Shown: positions 1-13,600 of the stretch, piece by piece
Layout: each line of letters starts with the position of its first letter
Position numbering within the stretch: position 1 is the stretch's first letter
Origin: Eledone cirrhosa
Taxonomy: Eukaryota
Direction: 5' to 3'
Length of the DNA: 64,000 bases
Assembly: GCA_964016885.1 (NCBI GenBank)
Contig: OZ024741.1
Coordinates: 367,164,001-367,228,000 of the forward strand
Notes under the pieces: generated by a model
What the model saw: the letters and a program-made list of their open reading frames with translations, nothing else
Told to the model about the DNA's origin: nothing
Database searches by the model: none
Position numbers and translations under genes: made by a program

Positions 1-530
1 CTATTATACTCTCAGAGCACTCTCCTTTGCTGCTAATTAAGTCGCCTAGATAGCAGAAACTATTAACCACTTTTCTGAATCTTTCATGTGATTAGAAAAC
101 ATTTATATCACTGACACTCTTCCCATTGATTACCTCTGTGGATCTTTTGCATACAAAGTCTTCCCTTTCTATTAGTCTGCCTGTTATCCCATGACACCTC
201 TTGTGTATCTAAGATTTACATTGTGCACATAGTATAGAGTTTATGCTTACTCCTTTTCTACATATTGAGCTGGACCACTTCCCTGAAGGAACCAGAGTCC
301 TATCTTCGTTCCTACTTACTAGCACTTTAGTTTTGGCTAAGTTTACTCTTAGACCTTTTGATTCCAAATTCTGTTTCCATAGTCAGGACTTATTCTCTAG
401 TTCTTTTATGGATTCAGCTTTATGGACTAGTTCATTTGCACAGAGATGTTCCCAAGGACAGCCAGTTTTAAACTCTACTTTCATGACCTAGAGAACTATA
501 ATGAACAGCAATGGGCTCAGAACCGAACTC
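1..530 (-). mobile_element. Old, degenerate RTE-clade LINE fragment (RT region)
   Basis: Reverse strand reads WKQNLESKGLRVNLAKTKVLVSR preceded by a decayed PWELLYADD-like segment, homologous to 6625-6775. Confidence 0.7.
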
Positions 531-1468
531 TGCTCCTTCAGTTCCTAATGCCAAACACATTACAGCATGTACTGGTTATCTTTCTCATGACACCACCACT
601 ACCACCTTACAGAGTGAACTGGGTGCTTTTTTTTGTCATGGTACCAGATTATATATATATATAATACAACTAGCATAACTTAGTTAAAGTTAGAAAAAAA
701 AACTAAACAATTCTTATTCGTTCCATAAAGCAATGGATTGTGTACTAGTAAAACCCATAATAAGCTACAATGCAGACAATGGTGTATGCTAACATACATA
801 TGGCCTATGGTTGACACGAGCTACAAACATAAGGGGGATAATTCAATATTTGTTAAACTGTCAAGCTAATTTAATCAATTTTACAATAACTGTACAGCCG
901 AAGTCTGTTTCTATATTCATACGCGTGTGCGACTTAATCTGAGTTTAAATTGTGTTTGTTCTTATGTCCCATGAATTAGCGCTTCAACAAAAAGAAACCA
1001 TTGAAACCAGTACTAGACTTGAAAAATTAAATTCTGATTTATGTATGTACCCATAACTCCTGATGGAGTCATATGAAGCATTGTTGTAACATACAGCGAG
1101 TCTTGGGCAATTTTTAAACCTAATGGAGCCCATCACTTCTCTAGATCTAAACACAGCCAATTTCTTCTAGAGAAGGAGAATGCAATAAAGAGGAAGTAAG
1201 AAAGGAATAGGGAGGAAGAATGCAACTTAATATTGGACAGGTACATTTTTTGTCAACCTAAAAACAATGAAAGGCAAAATTGGCCTGAGTGAAATATGAA
1301 CTCAGAACATAGAATGCTGGAATGAATATTGCAAAACATTCCATCAGACGTTCTAATGACTGCCATTTTACCACATTACTGGAGTCAATATGATAGTGCC
1401 CTTTATCGCAGTGCCCCAGCATGGCTACAATCAAATTACTAAAACCAATAAAAGAATTATAAGCTTAC

Positions 1469-1679
1469 TTTTCTCTTCACGTGTTTCGTCAATGAGAACC
1501 AAATCTACATCAGTTGGTGCTTTGTCAAGAGCAGGGTAGGTGTTGAAAAGGTTAGCTACAAATGCTAAATTGAGTTTGTAATTATGATTGACAACATCAT
1601 TTGGTGTTATGAAACTACGGCAACCAATTTTATTAGCTTCTTGTAGCATACACTCTGCTTTTTTATGAAGATCATTGAC
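1469..1679 (-). CDS. PLS3: Plastin exon (CH2 end): [70 protein letters not shown]
   Basis: 211 nt, phase 0/1; acceptor aatctccag, donor gtaagc; overlaps ORF 1431..1760. Confidence 0.95.
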
Positions 1680-4600
1680 CTGGAGATTAAACAAACAGAA
1701 CAACTTTGGTGACAAAACAAAATAAAAAATGTGGATAAATATTGATGTGGGATAGCACATTTGAGCTTTTTGATACCAACCCTCCCAAAACAGTGTCAGG
1801 GTCTATGAAAAAAAAAACCCACTTGTTTAAAAAGGCTCTTTTAAAATTAAAATCATCACCATTGATTTTACCTTGATATTTCCATGTTGGATGTATTGGA
1901 TGGGACTTTTGAGACAGCTGGATACTCTTCTAGATACTAACACTTGTAGTGATTTCTCATGACACACAGAGATATGGTGTACCTATTCTAAACCAGATTC
2001 ACATGACTGAAATGTTCCAACATAATTTTATATAAGAACCTTTTAAATTATGTTACACTAACCATCTTAATGAAATAATTAATAATTTTGTAAATCCCTT
2101 CAAATGTTTCATTAATTAAATAATTTATAATGAAATACAATGTATCTGGTGTCCTGTGTCCCCAAACCACCTCCATAATATGATCAAGATGGAGATGGCC
2201 CCCTGCAAGAATAAGCTGGATTGGCTATCCTCTGGAGTTACACATTTGCTATTCTATTTACCAGGGCCATGAAGCAAAAATCTACCTGATGTTCTGGAAG
2301 TCAACTAGATTATATATCTATATTATACACACACCATAATACTTATAATATACCAAGTTTATTATAAGAACCAACAGCTTTAGAATATGAAGAAACAAAC
2401 AATATTAATGGAGGCACGTGGCTTAGTGGTTAGAGCATTGCCCTTGCAATCGAAAGGTTGTGAGTTCAATTCTCAGACCGGGTGATGTGTTGTTTCTTTG
2501 AGCAAGGCACTTTATTTCACATTGCTCCAGTTTACTCAGCTGTAAAAATGAGATGATAGGGACTGGGGTCCTTATCATTCCACTGCAAAAAAGCACCCAG
2601 CACTCACTGTAAATGAGGTTGGTGTTAGGAAGGGCATCCAGCTGTAGAAATCAAGCCAGAATCAGTTCCCGTCCCACCCTTGCAAGCAGGGAAAAGTGGA
2701 CGTAAAATGAAATGATGATGATGATGATGATTAGAGAACAACAATTAGTAAAACATAAAAAGTCTTGACATTTTGAATACCAGTCCTTCATTAGAAGGAT
2801 ATAGAGAAATTTGGAGATATTTTGGAAAAGAAGAAAATAGCAAATGAAGAAAAAATGGAAAGAGAAAAAAAATACATGTAGTAATTTCTCAGCTTTCTTA
2901 AAAAAAAATTATGTAAGTCAAGATCTCTGGCATCCTTGGTCCCTGCACTGCTGATTTTCTCTGTAAAGTTGGAAAGACGTCGGCCTGCATAAAGAGGTAA
3001 AGAGGAAGCCCCGGTGTCTCTGGCCATCCATGGTAATGCTTTTGCCATTCTGTCCGCAGGGTGTAGCTGAAGTACTGCTCAGACAGGGGTGTAGTGTCTA
3101 TACCTACCTATCTCCCTTTCTTTCATTGCTTGATCCTTCTTTTTTCTTTCCTTTTAAATTTTCTATTTTTTCTCCCTTTAATAGTGTTTTGTTTTTATTA
3201 CACACTGCTCAATTGTTTTTATACAATGTCAATGACTTTTCATGACATTGTGAGATTTTGTATATTGGATAAATAGATGTCTACTCTTTAACAAAAATGT
3301 AAACATATATATCAACTTACATGTAGAGGTTCAAGGGTGACGTGAGCATCAGTTGGAGCAATTTGGTGCAATAAATATGTGTAAGCTTCTGAATCCTGGG
3401 AAATAAAAATAAAAAAAGAAAAATCATTCACTGGTTGAATGGAATGTCACATGACCAATGTACCCAACTACTGACTTTATTGTTTGAAGCTTTGAGCAAA
3501 AATATTTTTAATTCAAGGTCACTGGACAGCAACATTCCAAGAATACTGAGAAGCAAAGTTTTGAAGCTACTGCATGGCAACATTTCAAAGAAACTGAGAG
3601 GCAACATTTTAAAGCTACTGTATGGCAACATTTCAAGGCTACTGAACAGAAACGTTTCAAAGCTATTATGTAGCAACATTTCAAAGCTACTATGTAGCAA
3701 CATTTCAAAGAAACCATGTAGCAACATTTCAAAGAAACCATGTAGCAGCATTTCAAATAAACTATGTAGCAGCATTTCAAATAAACTATGTAGCAGCATT
3801 TCAAAGCTACTATGTAGCAACATTTCAAAGCTACTATGTAGCAACATTTCAAAGCTACTTCAGCAGGGAAAATGGCCTTAAAATATTTGTAGGTTAATTT
3901 CATGTCACTAACAGAATGCCACAGAAAATTAGATTTTTAAAAAGTGGTGAAAGGAAAACTCTGGTCTGCAGTCTCATGAAAGGGAGACAATTAAAATTAA
4001 ATGAAATTTACACAGGTTTGGCTGGCCTCCTATGAGATTTCATCTTACAATAGGTTTCCCAGTCCTATCAACACTCTACATATTGTTTTTCCTACAGATG
4101 TTTTTCCTTTGAGATGCTAACCTAACCTATACAGGTTAGCATCTCAAAGCAGGTTTCTTAGGTGTTTTAATAACATAGGCTCCAGTCCTATCATGAAAAG
4201 AAGCAACATAAAATGAAGTGTCTTGCTCAAGAACACATACTGTCACACTCTTATGGTAACCATTTTGGGTTGACACAATGGAACCCCACGGAGATCAACA
4301 CAACACTGTGAAGAACTGTAAAGCACTAGCCCCCTACAGACAACTGACGCTGCACACCAGGTCTGAACATGGAAAAGCCAAACTCCCACTGTCCTCGTCG
4401 CCATCTCTCACCCTCCCCATCTCACTGTATTATGAGCAAATGGGATCCCACGTGCTGGCCGCCCCACGGCCCTGGTGGACAGAATGGAGAAGGCATTTCC
4501 CCAAAGGATGGTAAGGGAGATACGCTGGAAGAGCCACTCCATCTTGCGAGGCGCACACCTGCGGCTAGTCAGCTCAGCGCCGAATCTAACACTAACCACT

Positions 4601-7600
4601 ATACCACATGACATCATAGGTAACCTAATGAATGAATGGTTAATTTTACAAACCTTTATGTCTTCAGCAAGATTGTTAATCTGAAGGTTGGTGCCGGCAT
4701 TACGAAGATGATAGTTCACCCAACGCACCAATATTTGTTCTGGAGTCAACTTCTGAAAGTCTTCAGGTTCCTCTCCATCTTCCAATAGTAGAAGCAGGCC
4801 AGGGTGATGTTTTAAGTCAATGTCACTCAGAAGACCAATCTAGAAAATGAAAAAAAATTTAGATTTAAAAATTACACCTGCTTTAATATTGCAAATCAAA
4901 ATTGCATTTACTATATATTTTATATATATATATATATATATAGGTAATACGTATTTATATATATATGTATACATATATATGCATATATATATATATGTAA
5001 CACATATTTACATAAAATTTGTAAATAAAATAAAAAATGATTTTGCATAATGTGCTCCTTTTACAGGCTGTCAGGAAAAGGATGATAGTTTTGTTTACTA
5101 CAATCCGTCTCGATGGCCTCACTAGCCTGATTAACGCATTCTCAATACTGAACCACTTCATTCCATTCCTAAGAACTTTTTATTCTCTTCTTAGTAAATA
5201 GTGTATCATACTTTTTTCCTTTGTGAATTTTTTTACCCATGCTAGCATGGAAGATGGACGTGATGATACATGGTTAGTGAAATAAATGATAAGCAAGCAT
5301 TTTAATAAAACAACTATAAAAATTAAAGTTGAATTAACTTCATCGTTGCATTTTTGTATCACTATATATATTTATATGTATATATTTAAAGATATTTTAC
5401 TTAACGCCTATGACAATAAAGAACAGATAAAGACATTCAATGTAGAAGAGCACTGGGAGTTCCTAAAAAATAACTTACTAAAGGCGACGGATGAGATTTG
5501 TGGCTGGAGTAAGGCCACAGGCAGGAGGAGAGTGACTTTGTGGTGGAACAATAAAGTAGATGAGGCAGTTAAGGCCAAGAGACAGGCATGAAAAGAATGG
5601 AAGAACGGGAGAAGCAGGGTACATTACAGAGAGACCAGGAGGGAAGCTAAGCGACAAGTATACTTAGCTAGGAGGGAAGCAGAGGATAGAAAATTCAAGC
5701 ATGTTTTGCAACGTGAGGACCAGAAACAGGAGGTGTTCAAGATTGTGAGGCAGCGTGTCAGAGAGAATTGTGATGTCATTGGAGAGAAGTGTATCCAGAA
5801 TGATAAAGGTGAGCTTGCCCTCACAAGTGCTGAGAAGAAAGATGCGTGGAAGAGCGATTATGATAGATTACTAAATGAGGAGAACGCATGGGAAGAAAAG
5901 ACCCTACCCCAAGTAGACCCTATAGAGGGACCAGCAGTACAAGTAAGCAGCAGCAGCGTAGTAAGGCAATCAAAGATATGAAGACGGGGAAGGCAACCGG
6001 TCCATCAGGTATAGCTGCCGAGATGCTGAAGGCATCTGGGTCGGTAGGTCACACCATAACCACACATATTGTTAACCAGGTAATACTAGAAGGTGTCATA
6101 CCAAAGGATTGGTGCAGTAGCATCATTGTCAACTGCTACAAAGGTAAAGGTGATGCACTAGATAGAGGAAAATATAGAGGTATAAAGCTGATGGACCAGG
6201 TCATGAAAGTGACAGAAAGAGTTATAGCACAGTTGATTAGGGACCGGGTGAAACTAGATGAGATGCAATTTGGGTTTGTACCAGGAAGAGGCACCACTGA
6301 TGCCCTCTTCCTTGTGAGGCAGTTACAGGAAAAGTACCTAGCTAAAAGTAAGCCACTCTACCTGGCATTCATCGATCTCGAGAAAGCCTTTGACAGAGTT
6401 CCCCGTGCTATAATCTGGTGGACTCTTAGAAAACTAGGAGTAGATGAATAGCTTATGAAAGCTGTACAAGCCATGTATAGGGGAGCAGTCAGCAAAGTTA
6501 GGATTAGCAATGAGTATAGCGAGGAATTTAGCGTACAGGTTGGGGTCCACCAGGGCTCTGTTCTTAGCCCTCTCCTGTTCATCATAGTCCTGCAGGCAAT
6601 AACGGAGGAGTTTAAGACCGGATGCCCATGGGAACTCCTGTATGCAGATGACCTTGCACTTATAGCTGAATCTATGGTAAACTAGAGAAGAAATTCCAAA
6701 CTTGAAAGCAGGGACTAGAAAAAAAGGGTCTCAAAGTCAACCTGACAAAGACTAATATCCTTGTAAGTAGACAGCTAGAAACAGTAGACCGAATTAGCAG
6801 CGGAGGTGGGTGTTCGAAAAGTACAATAACTAGGGTAAGAACAGGATGGAAGAAGTTCAGGGAGCTACTGCCACTGATAGCTGCAAAAGGCTTTTCCCTC
6901 AAAATGAAAGGCAGACTGTATGATGCGTGTATACGAACAGCAATGTTACATGGTAGTGAGACCTGGGCGCTGTCTGTGTAAGACTTGCTTAGATTAGAAA
7001 GAAACGAAGCCTGCATGCTCCGATGGATGTGTAATAGTAATATACGCGAATGGCAAAGCATAAATGAATTGAGAGAGAGACTGAGCATAAGAGGAATCAA
7101 ATGCTGTGTGCAGGAGAGGCGGTTGCGTTGGTATGGACATGTGATGCGTGTGAAGGATGACAGCTGCATAAAAAGGTGCAGAGCACTAGAAGTTGATGGA
7201 AACTGCGGAGTGGGGCGACTCAAGAAGACCTGGGATGAGGTGATAAAAGCCGACCTTACACAATTACACCTCTCAAAGGAGATGACACACGACCGTGACC
7301 TCTGGCGTCACACAGTAATACAGAAGACCCGACCCCCCACGGGTACAAGCCGAAGCTGAAGCATATAGACAATATCCCCCACACCCTCCCACTGCAAAGT
7401 GGTCGTGGAGGTGCCACGGCAAAAAAGCACCCAGCCCACACTGTAAAGTGGACATGTAGGCGCCATGGAAAAAAGCATCCAGCACTCACTGTAAATGAGG
7501 TTGGTGTTAGGAAGGGCATCTAGCTGTAGAAATCAAGCCAGAATCAGTTCCCGTATGAGCAAGGCATGGTCAGCCGACTGGCTGCGGCCCACAACAGGAC

Positions 7601-10600
7601 AACTTGTCTAACCCATGCTAGCATGAAAGAGCGGACGTAAAACAGTGATAATGATGATATATAGATATATATATATAGGTATATAGACATCTCTATCTCT
7701 ATATATCTAGAGAGAAAGAGAGAGGGGGTGGAGGGAGAGTGAGAAAATATATAGATAGATAGATAGATAGATACAAACATACATATAATCACACAGACAC
7801 ACACTGCTTTTAGTTCATGATAGACCACTGAAATACTAAAAACAGGCACTGTTTATGTATGAACAAGTATTTTGTCCAACTTATCTATTACAGACATATA
7901 TTGACCCTCACTCAAGTACCATCCAATTTAAACAGGTTTTGCCACAATTACATCATTTCCTTATTAGTCACATAACCACATTTTTGGGGTGCAGACATGG
8001 CTGTGTGGTTAAGATATTCCATTAGCAGCCATATGGTATCAGCTTCAATCCTAGGGCCCAAGTTTGTTGACCTCCCTATAGTGGCCCCTGGGAACTGATC
8101 TCTGATCACAATTAGGCAAACGACAACAATCTGAGACAATCATAGGAGGTTCAATCCTACAGTGCAGCACTTTGGTTTTAAGCAAAGCCTTGTGAATTAA
8201 ATTTGGTAAATGCAAACTGTGTGGAGGACTGTCAGAGAGAGAATTCCTATTGTTGGGTGCTACACTTAACCTGTCACCCAGCATAATCCTTCTAATTCCA
8301 AACTACATGAAACTGACCCTTGATTATTCAATACAAAGTCACAGGAAAACTTTACCCTTTGGATACCAAACCACTTTAAACTGTTCATGGTCCTCTGATA
8401 CAAACTTTACATTATTGTTCTATGCAAGAACCTTTGTTATGTTTCAAACACCAGCTTAATAATTAGAAAGTTAGTTACATTATTAACATCCCAACTGCCA
8501 CCAAATTCTTGATTATTTTCAAAATGTGTCTTTCAGTAGAAATATGTTAACAAAAGAATTAAGAAATTGATTCTTTTAATCCTTCTGATACCAAACTTTC
8601 TGAAACCAGCCCTGTTCAACTATATAAAACTGCCAGTTTAAAAATGTTTGTACTTTTATTAAAATTATGATAAACAGTTTTAATATAAGAACTTTTGTTA
8701 AGTAATGTTCCAAACATCAACTTACTAATAAAAATGTTAGTTATTTTATTAATTCCTCAAAATGTTTAATTACTTTTGAAATTAATTGGGACACATTGTC
8801 AAGTTGAGTGAAAATAACCCTGTCAAGTAAGCATGGAAAATGGAGATAGATCGCAGAAAACTTGTTGGAAGGACCAGAACACAGAACGATAACAGAAAAT
8901 ATCTGTTAAGAAAGGGATTAACACAGGAGGATGTTTTGGAAAGGGTTAGCCGGACAGAATGTGTCAATTTACAAAATCCACTTTACCCAGCAACATTGCT
9001 GAGTAAAGAGGATGATAATGATGACATAGGCTGTGTACTTCGATAGAAATACAGTAATGAAAGGATTAAAATAAATTGAGCAAGGAAACAGAAGACTTAC
9101 TCTAATGACTTGCCACAATAAGCCAAGAACCAGGTGATGAGTTCCAGCCTGAATGTCTTCCGCACCGATGTTGACGATGTTGCAACCAATGGACCGGGCA
9201 GAGTTTAATGCCAACACCAAGTTCTCGTGTTTGCGGTAGACATTTGGATTGTTTTTGTTGATTCCTCTTTCATCGATGGTGTCTGGACAGGTTATATTGA
9301 TGAGTTTACTGAAATAGAAAACACCTCACAGTGATGACCTATTCAATGAAACGGGGATGTAGGAGAATGACCAATTCAATGAGACAGGTGGATGTGAGAA
9401 GATGTTAAGTCAATGAGAGAGAGAGGGATGTGAGAAGATGTTAAGTCAATGAGACAGACATGTTGGAAATCAGTGAAGGCTACTGAAAGTAAACAAATAT
9501 CATTGAAGGAAACTAACGATGGATCTCCATCAGTTTTGACAATGAGTTTTCTAGTTGTTCTATCAAGAGAATAACCTACTTGTGAAATTAACATGTAAGT
9601 GGCTGAGCATTTCACTAACATGCGTACCCTTAATGCAGTTTTCAGGGAGATTCAGCATAACAGTGAATTACAGGTAAAGTCTATCCAACAGACTTCCTAA
9701 TAGCTTCTCTCTACTCAATTTCACTCAAAAGACACAGGTTGACCCAAGGCTAAGATAAATGATACGTATCCAATATGACACTAAGATCAAACCCAGGACC
9801 CAATGATTGTAAAGTAAACTTCTTAACCATTCAGCCAAATATCATCAAGGCAGAATTGTAAGAGCTCTAATAAAGTTGTTTAGCTCTCTGCACTCAGACT
9901 TTGAAATCCACCAAGATCAAATTTGCTTTGCTTTTCATCCTTTCAAGATTGATAAATAAAGAGCAGGACAGAAAGACAGAGTACAGGAATTGTTAGATTG
10001 TTGGACATTATGCTTTGCAGTATTATGTTATGACCTTTGACATCACTGGTACCAAGCTATATTGGCCTTTCACAACATTAATGGCATGGAAAGAGGTGAC
10101 TGCTGGCCTTCCACAAAACATTTTACCCAGGCTTTGTGCTTTAAAGAAGTAAACCCACGGTCAATCAGTTATGATAAGCTCTGGCCAAAGGGGGCCCTTT
10201 CAAATTCAATCACACAGCTGTATTGACCTTTGCTTTTCCCTTAGACAACATTGGTGGTATGGAGAAGGGAGACTTATGTGCATGGTTAACTGCTGGTCTT
10301 CCTCAAAACTCCTCGCCCAGGAACTTTCCTGGTGCGCATCCATTGACTTACAAAACATATGGAGGTCCTAGATCAGCAATACTTGCTGACTACTCATTAA
10401 CAAGTATGGAAAAATAGATGTAAACATGACAATGATTGTCCTAACCTGTAAAAGTAACATTCCATCACTCCTTGCAATGGTATTTCAGCTCATAATGATT
10501 TGCTTAACTATTTAATTAACTGGTGTAAAAGCACAAGGTAATTAAGCAGTTATGCAAATTATTATGAGTTTAAAGCACTAGATATCTGAGAAAGTCAGGT

Positions 10601-13600
10601 GATGAACCCTTACAACTACAGTCTTCTACTCATAATCAAAACAGATATCTCTGCTGGCTTTAATTTTCCTAACCAACACACAACAGATTATATTTCCTAC
10701 TTTGTGGCTAAACTATTTAGCAGCAGGACTGGATTAAAGTATCTAAGAACCCTGGGCTAGAGAACAAGAATAAGTGGGATCCTCACTATCTGCTCACAAA
10801 AGACTAAATGAAGTACACATATGTAGACCTATACATAAGATGACAGAAATTCCAAGCATCGATCCATGCCAACCTCAAAACAGACATGACACCCAAAGAA
10901 AAAGAAATGTATTTTATAACAATAATAATATAAATTTTGACAAAAATGTTGTGTTTCTAAGCTATATTTTAGTTGTGTGGATCTGGACTACAGTTCACTT
11001 AATACTGGTTAACAATAAGAAGAGTATTCAACTGTATAAATAACTGTTCTTATATTAACTATCCAACTTACAGCAAATATGGATCAATTATGGCAATTAA
11101 ACTTAACCCACATAACTTTTTCATCTGCTTAGAACATAATTAAACTGATGTTTTTCATTAAAGATATAATTTATCTCCAAATTTATATATACCATCACAT
11201 CAACACACACATATATACACCACACATATACCCACATCCATCTGCCCATCAAGGCATCTCTAAATTCATCTACACTAAGTTCATATCCCACTGTGAACTA
11301 CTAGGGTGGTAGACTTAATCCATTGCTGATCCTACCACCACCTGGTCCCTGGGTGCCTTTTAGCAGAGCATTCAAGCTAGGAATTTGTTTTGGGGTCACT
11401 TTCCTCTCACTCACTTCCACCCATCAGTCTCAGAGGCCCTAAAAAGGTCATGAGCACAACCACACTGCTTGATTAAATAGTAAATATATATATAATTTTA
11501 AAAAACCATCAACATACATTCACATACACTTAACTACCCAGATATTTTAAAACTTATATACCCCATCATCACTCATATACCTACATACATATATCAACAT
11601 CTGTCTATCTATCCACCCAGTTAGTTCTAAACTCATATATACTGAGTTTAAATCCTACTGTAGCTTACTTGAGTGGTAAACTTAATCTGTCACCAGTTTA
11701 AATCCTGTTGTAGTCCACTTGGGTGGTAAACTTAATCTGTCACCCAGTTTAAATCCTGTTGTAGTCCACTTGGGTGGTAAACTTAATCTGTCACCCAGTT
11801 TAAATCCTGTTGTAGTCCACTTGGGTGGTAAACTTAATCTGTCACCCAGTTTAAATCCTGTTGTAGTCCACTTGGGTGGTAAACTTAATCTGTCACCCAG
11901 TTTAAATCCTGTTGTAGTCCACTTGGGTGGTAAACTTAATCCATCACCCAGTTTAAATCCCGCTGTAGCTTACTTCGGTGGTAAACTTAATCCATCACCC
12001 AGTTTAACACCCAGGGTGCCTTCAGTGCAGTTTACTCTGCTGCAAGCAATCAGATTAGGTCTGCTCCCTCCCTTTTATATTGGGGGATCTGAAATTGGTC
12101 ATCGACACAGTCCTTCCCTCTTTGATTAAATGGTAAAAAACAAAAGCCCCCCCAAAATAAAAATAATAATAAACACCATCAACACACATAGAACCACATC
12201 AATCTATCCAGTCAAACATCTTTAACCCTTTAGCATTTAAACCGGCCAGAATTCTCTCACCTCTTTCTGTTCAAACTGGCTGAAACCAGCCACTCACTCT
12301 GATGTTAAGGTATTGTTCTCAAAATAAATAACATCAAAATCTGATAGATTCGATATTATTTCATATTATGTGAGGTAAAGCCTTTACAATGAAAATACAA
12401 TAGTAAATATAGAGTAACGTAAATGCTAAAGAGTTAAACTCATATACACTGAGTACAATTCTACTATAGCCATCTTCAATGGTAGACTTAATTCACTAAC
12501 CAGTTTAACAACACCACTTGACTATCATCAACACACATGATATTGTTGGACCTGTCAGTTCTGAGGATGAATGTTCCAGTTGTTTGACTATTGGAATGAC
12601 AATGTGTAAGTGGCTGAGCATTCTACAAACATATGTACTTTTAACATAGTTCCCGGGAAGATTGAGTGCGATACAGTGTGCGACAAAGCTGGCCTCTTTA
12701 AATAACAGGCACAACTCATTTTTTCCAGCTGAGTGGACTGGAATAATGTGAAATAAAGTGTCTTGCTCAAGGATACAATGCATTACTAGAAATCGAACTC
12801 ATAATCTTCCGATCATGAACCAAATACCCTAAACATTAAGCCTTTGTTCAACACACTTACATCCATCTGCCTACCCAGATATCTCTAAACTGGTATGTAC
12901 ATCCAACATACGCCCACACATATACACACCCAGATATCTGTCCATTGAACTAGTCATATCTGTAAACATGCACACCTATAAATAGAAAGTACAAAGACAA
13001 CTCATTTTAAGTGGGCTACAACTCACCACAATAGAATACCATCGGCCATTTTCTTATAAAGATCATCTGATTCTGAATTTAGTGGCAGGTATGGTTTACA
13101 TTCTGGATCCCTGTTGAGGTTTCTGGAAAAGGAGAGATGAAAATTAATACATATATAAATAAACTTATTGCATTAACCCTTTTGATACCAAACAACATAA
13201 AATGCCCTTGGTTCTATAATAGAAGACTTTGTTTTAAAGTGTTGTTTATATCTAACAACCTTTTCTCCATAATTTTATGTGAAAACATTTATGTGTCAAA
13301 CACTAGCTTAATAGTCTATTTGTATGTATCATCATCATTGTTTAACGTCCATTTTTACACGCTAGCATGGGTTAGACATTATATGTATGTATGTATGTAC
13401 AGGTTAATAGAAAAACAAGGCACATTTACTGTTTTACATCAACTTTTCTATACTGGTTGGATGGGATTTTTTGAGGCAATGTTTTACAGCCGGATTCCTT
13501 TCCTGACACTAACCCTTTTAGTCACTTCTTACAACATGCAGGGATATAGTGTACCTATTCCAAACTATATACACACAATGTATGTGTGTGTGCGTATATA

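Noticed and set aside
2410-2480. tRNA-like A/B boxes (also at SINE heads 44969, 56481, 58285)
   Set aside because: SINE heads continuous with SINE bodies; no complete cloverleaf, so not tRNA genes.
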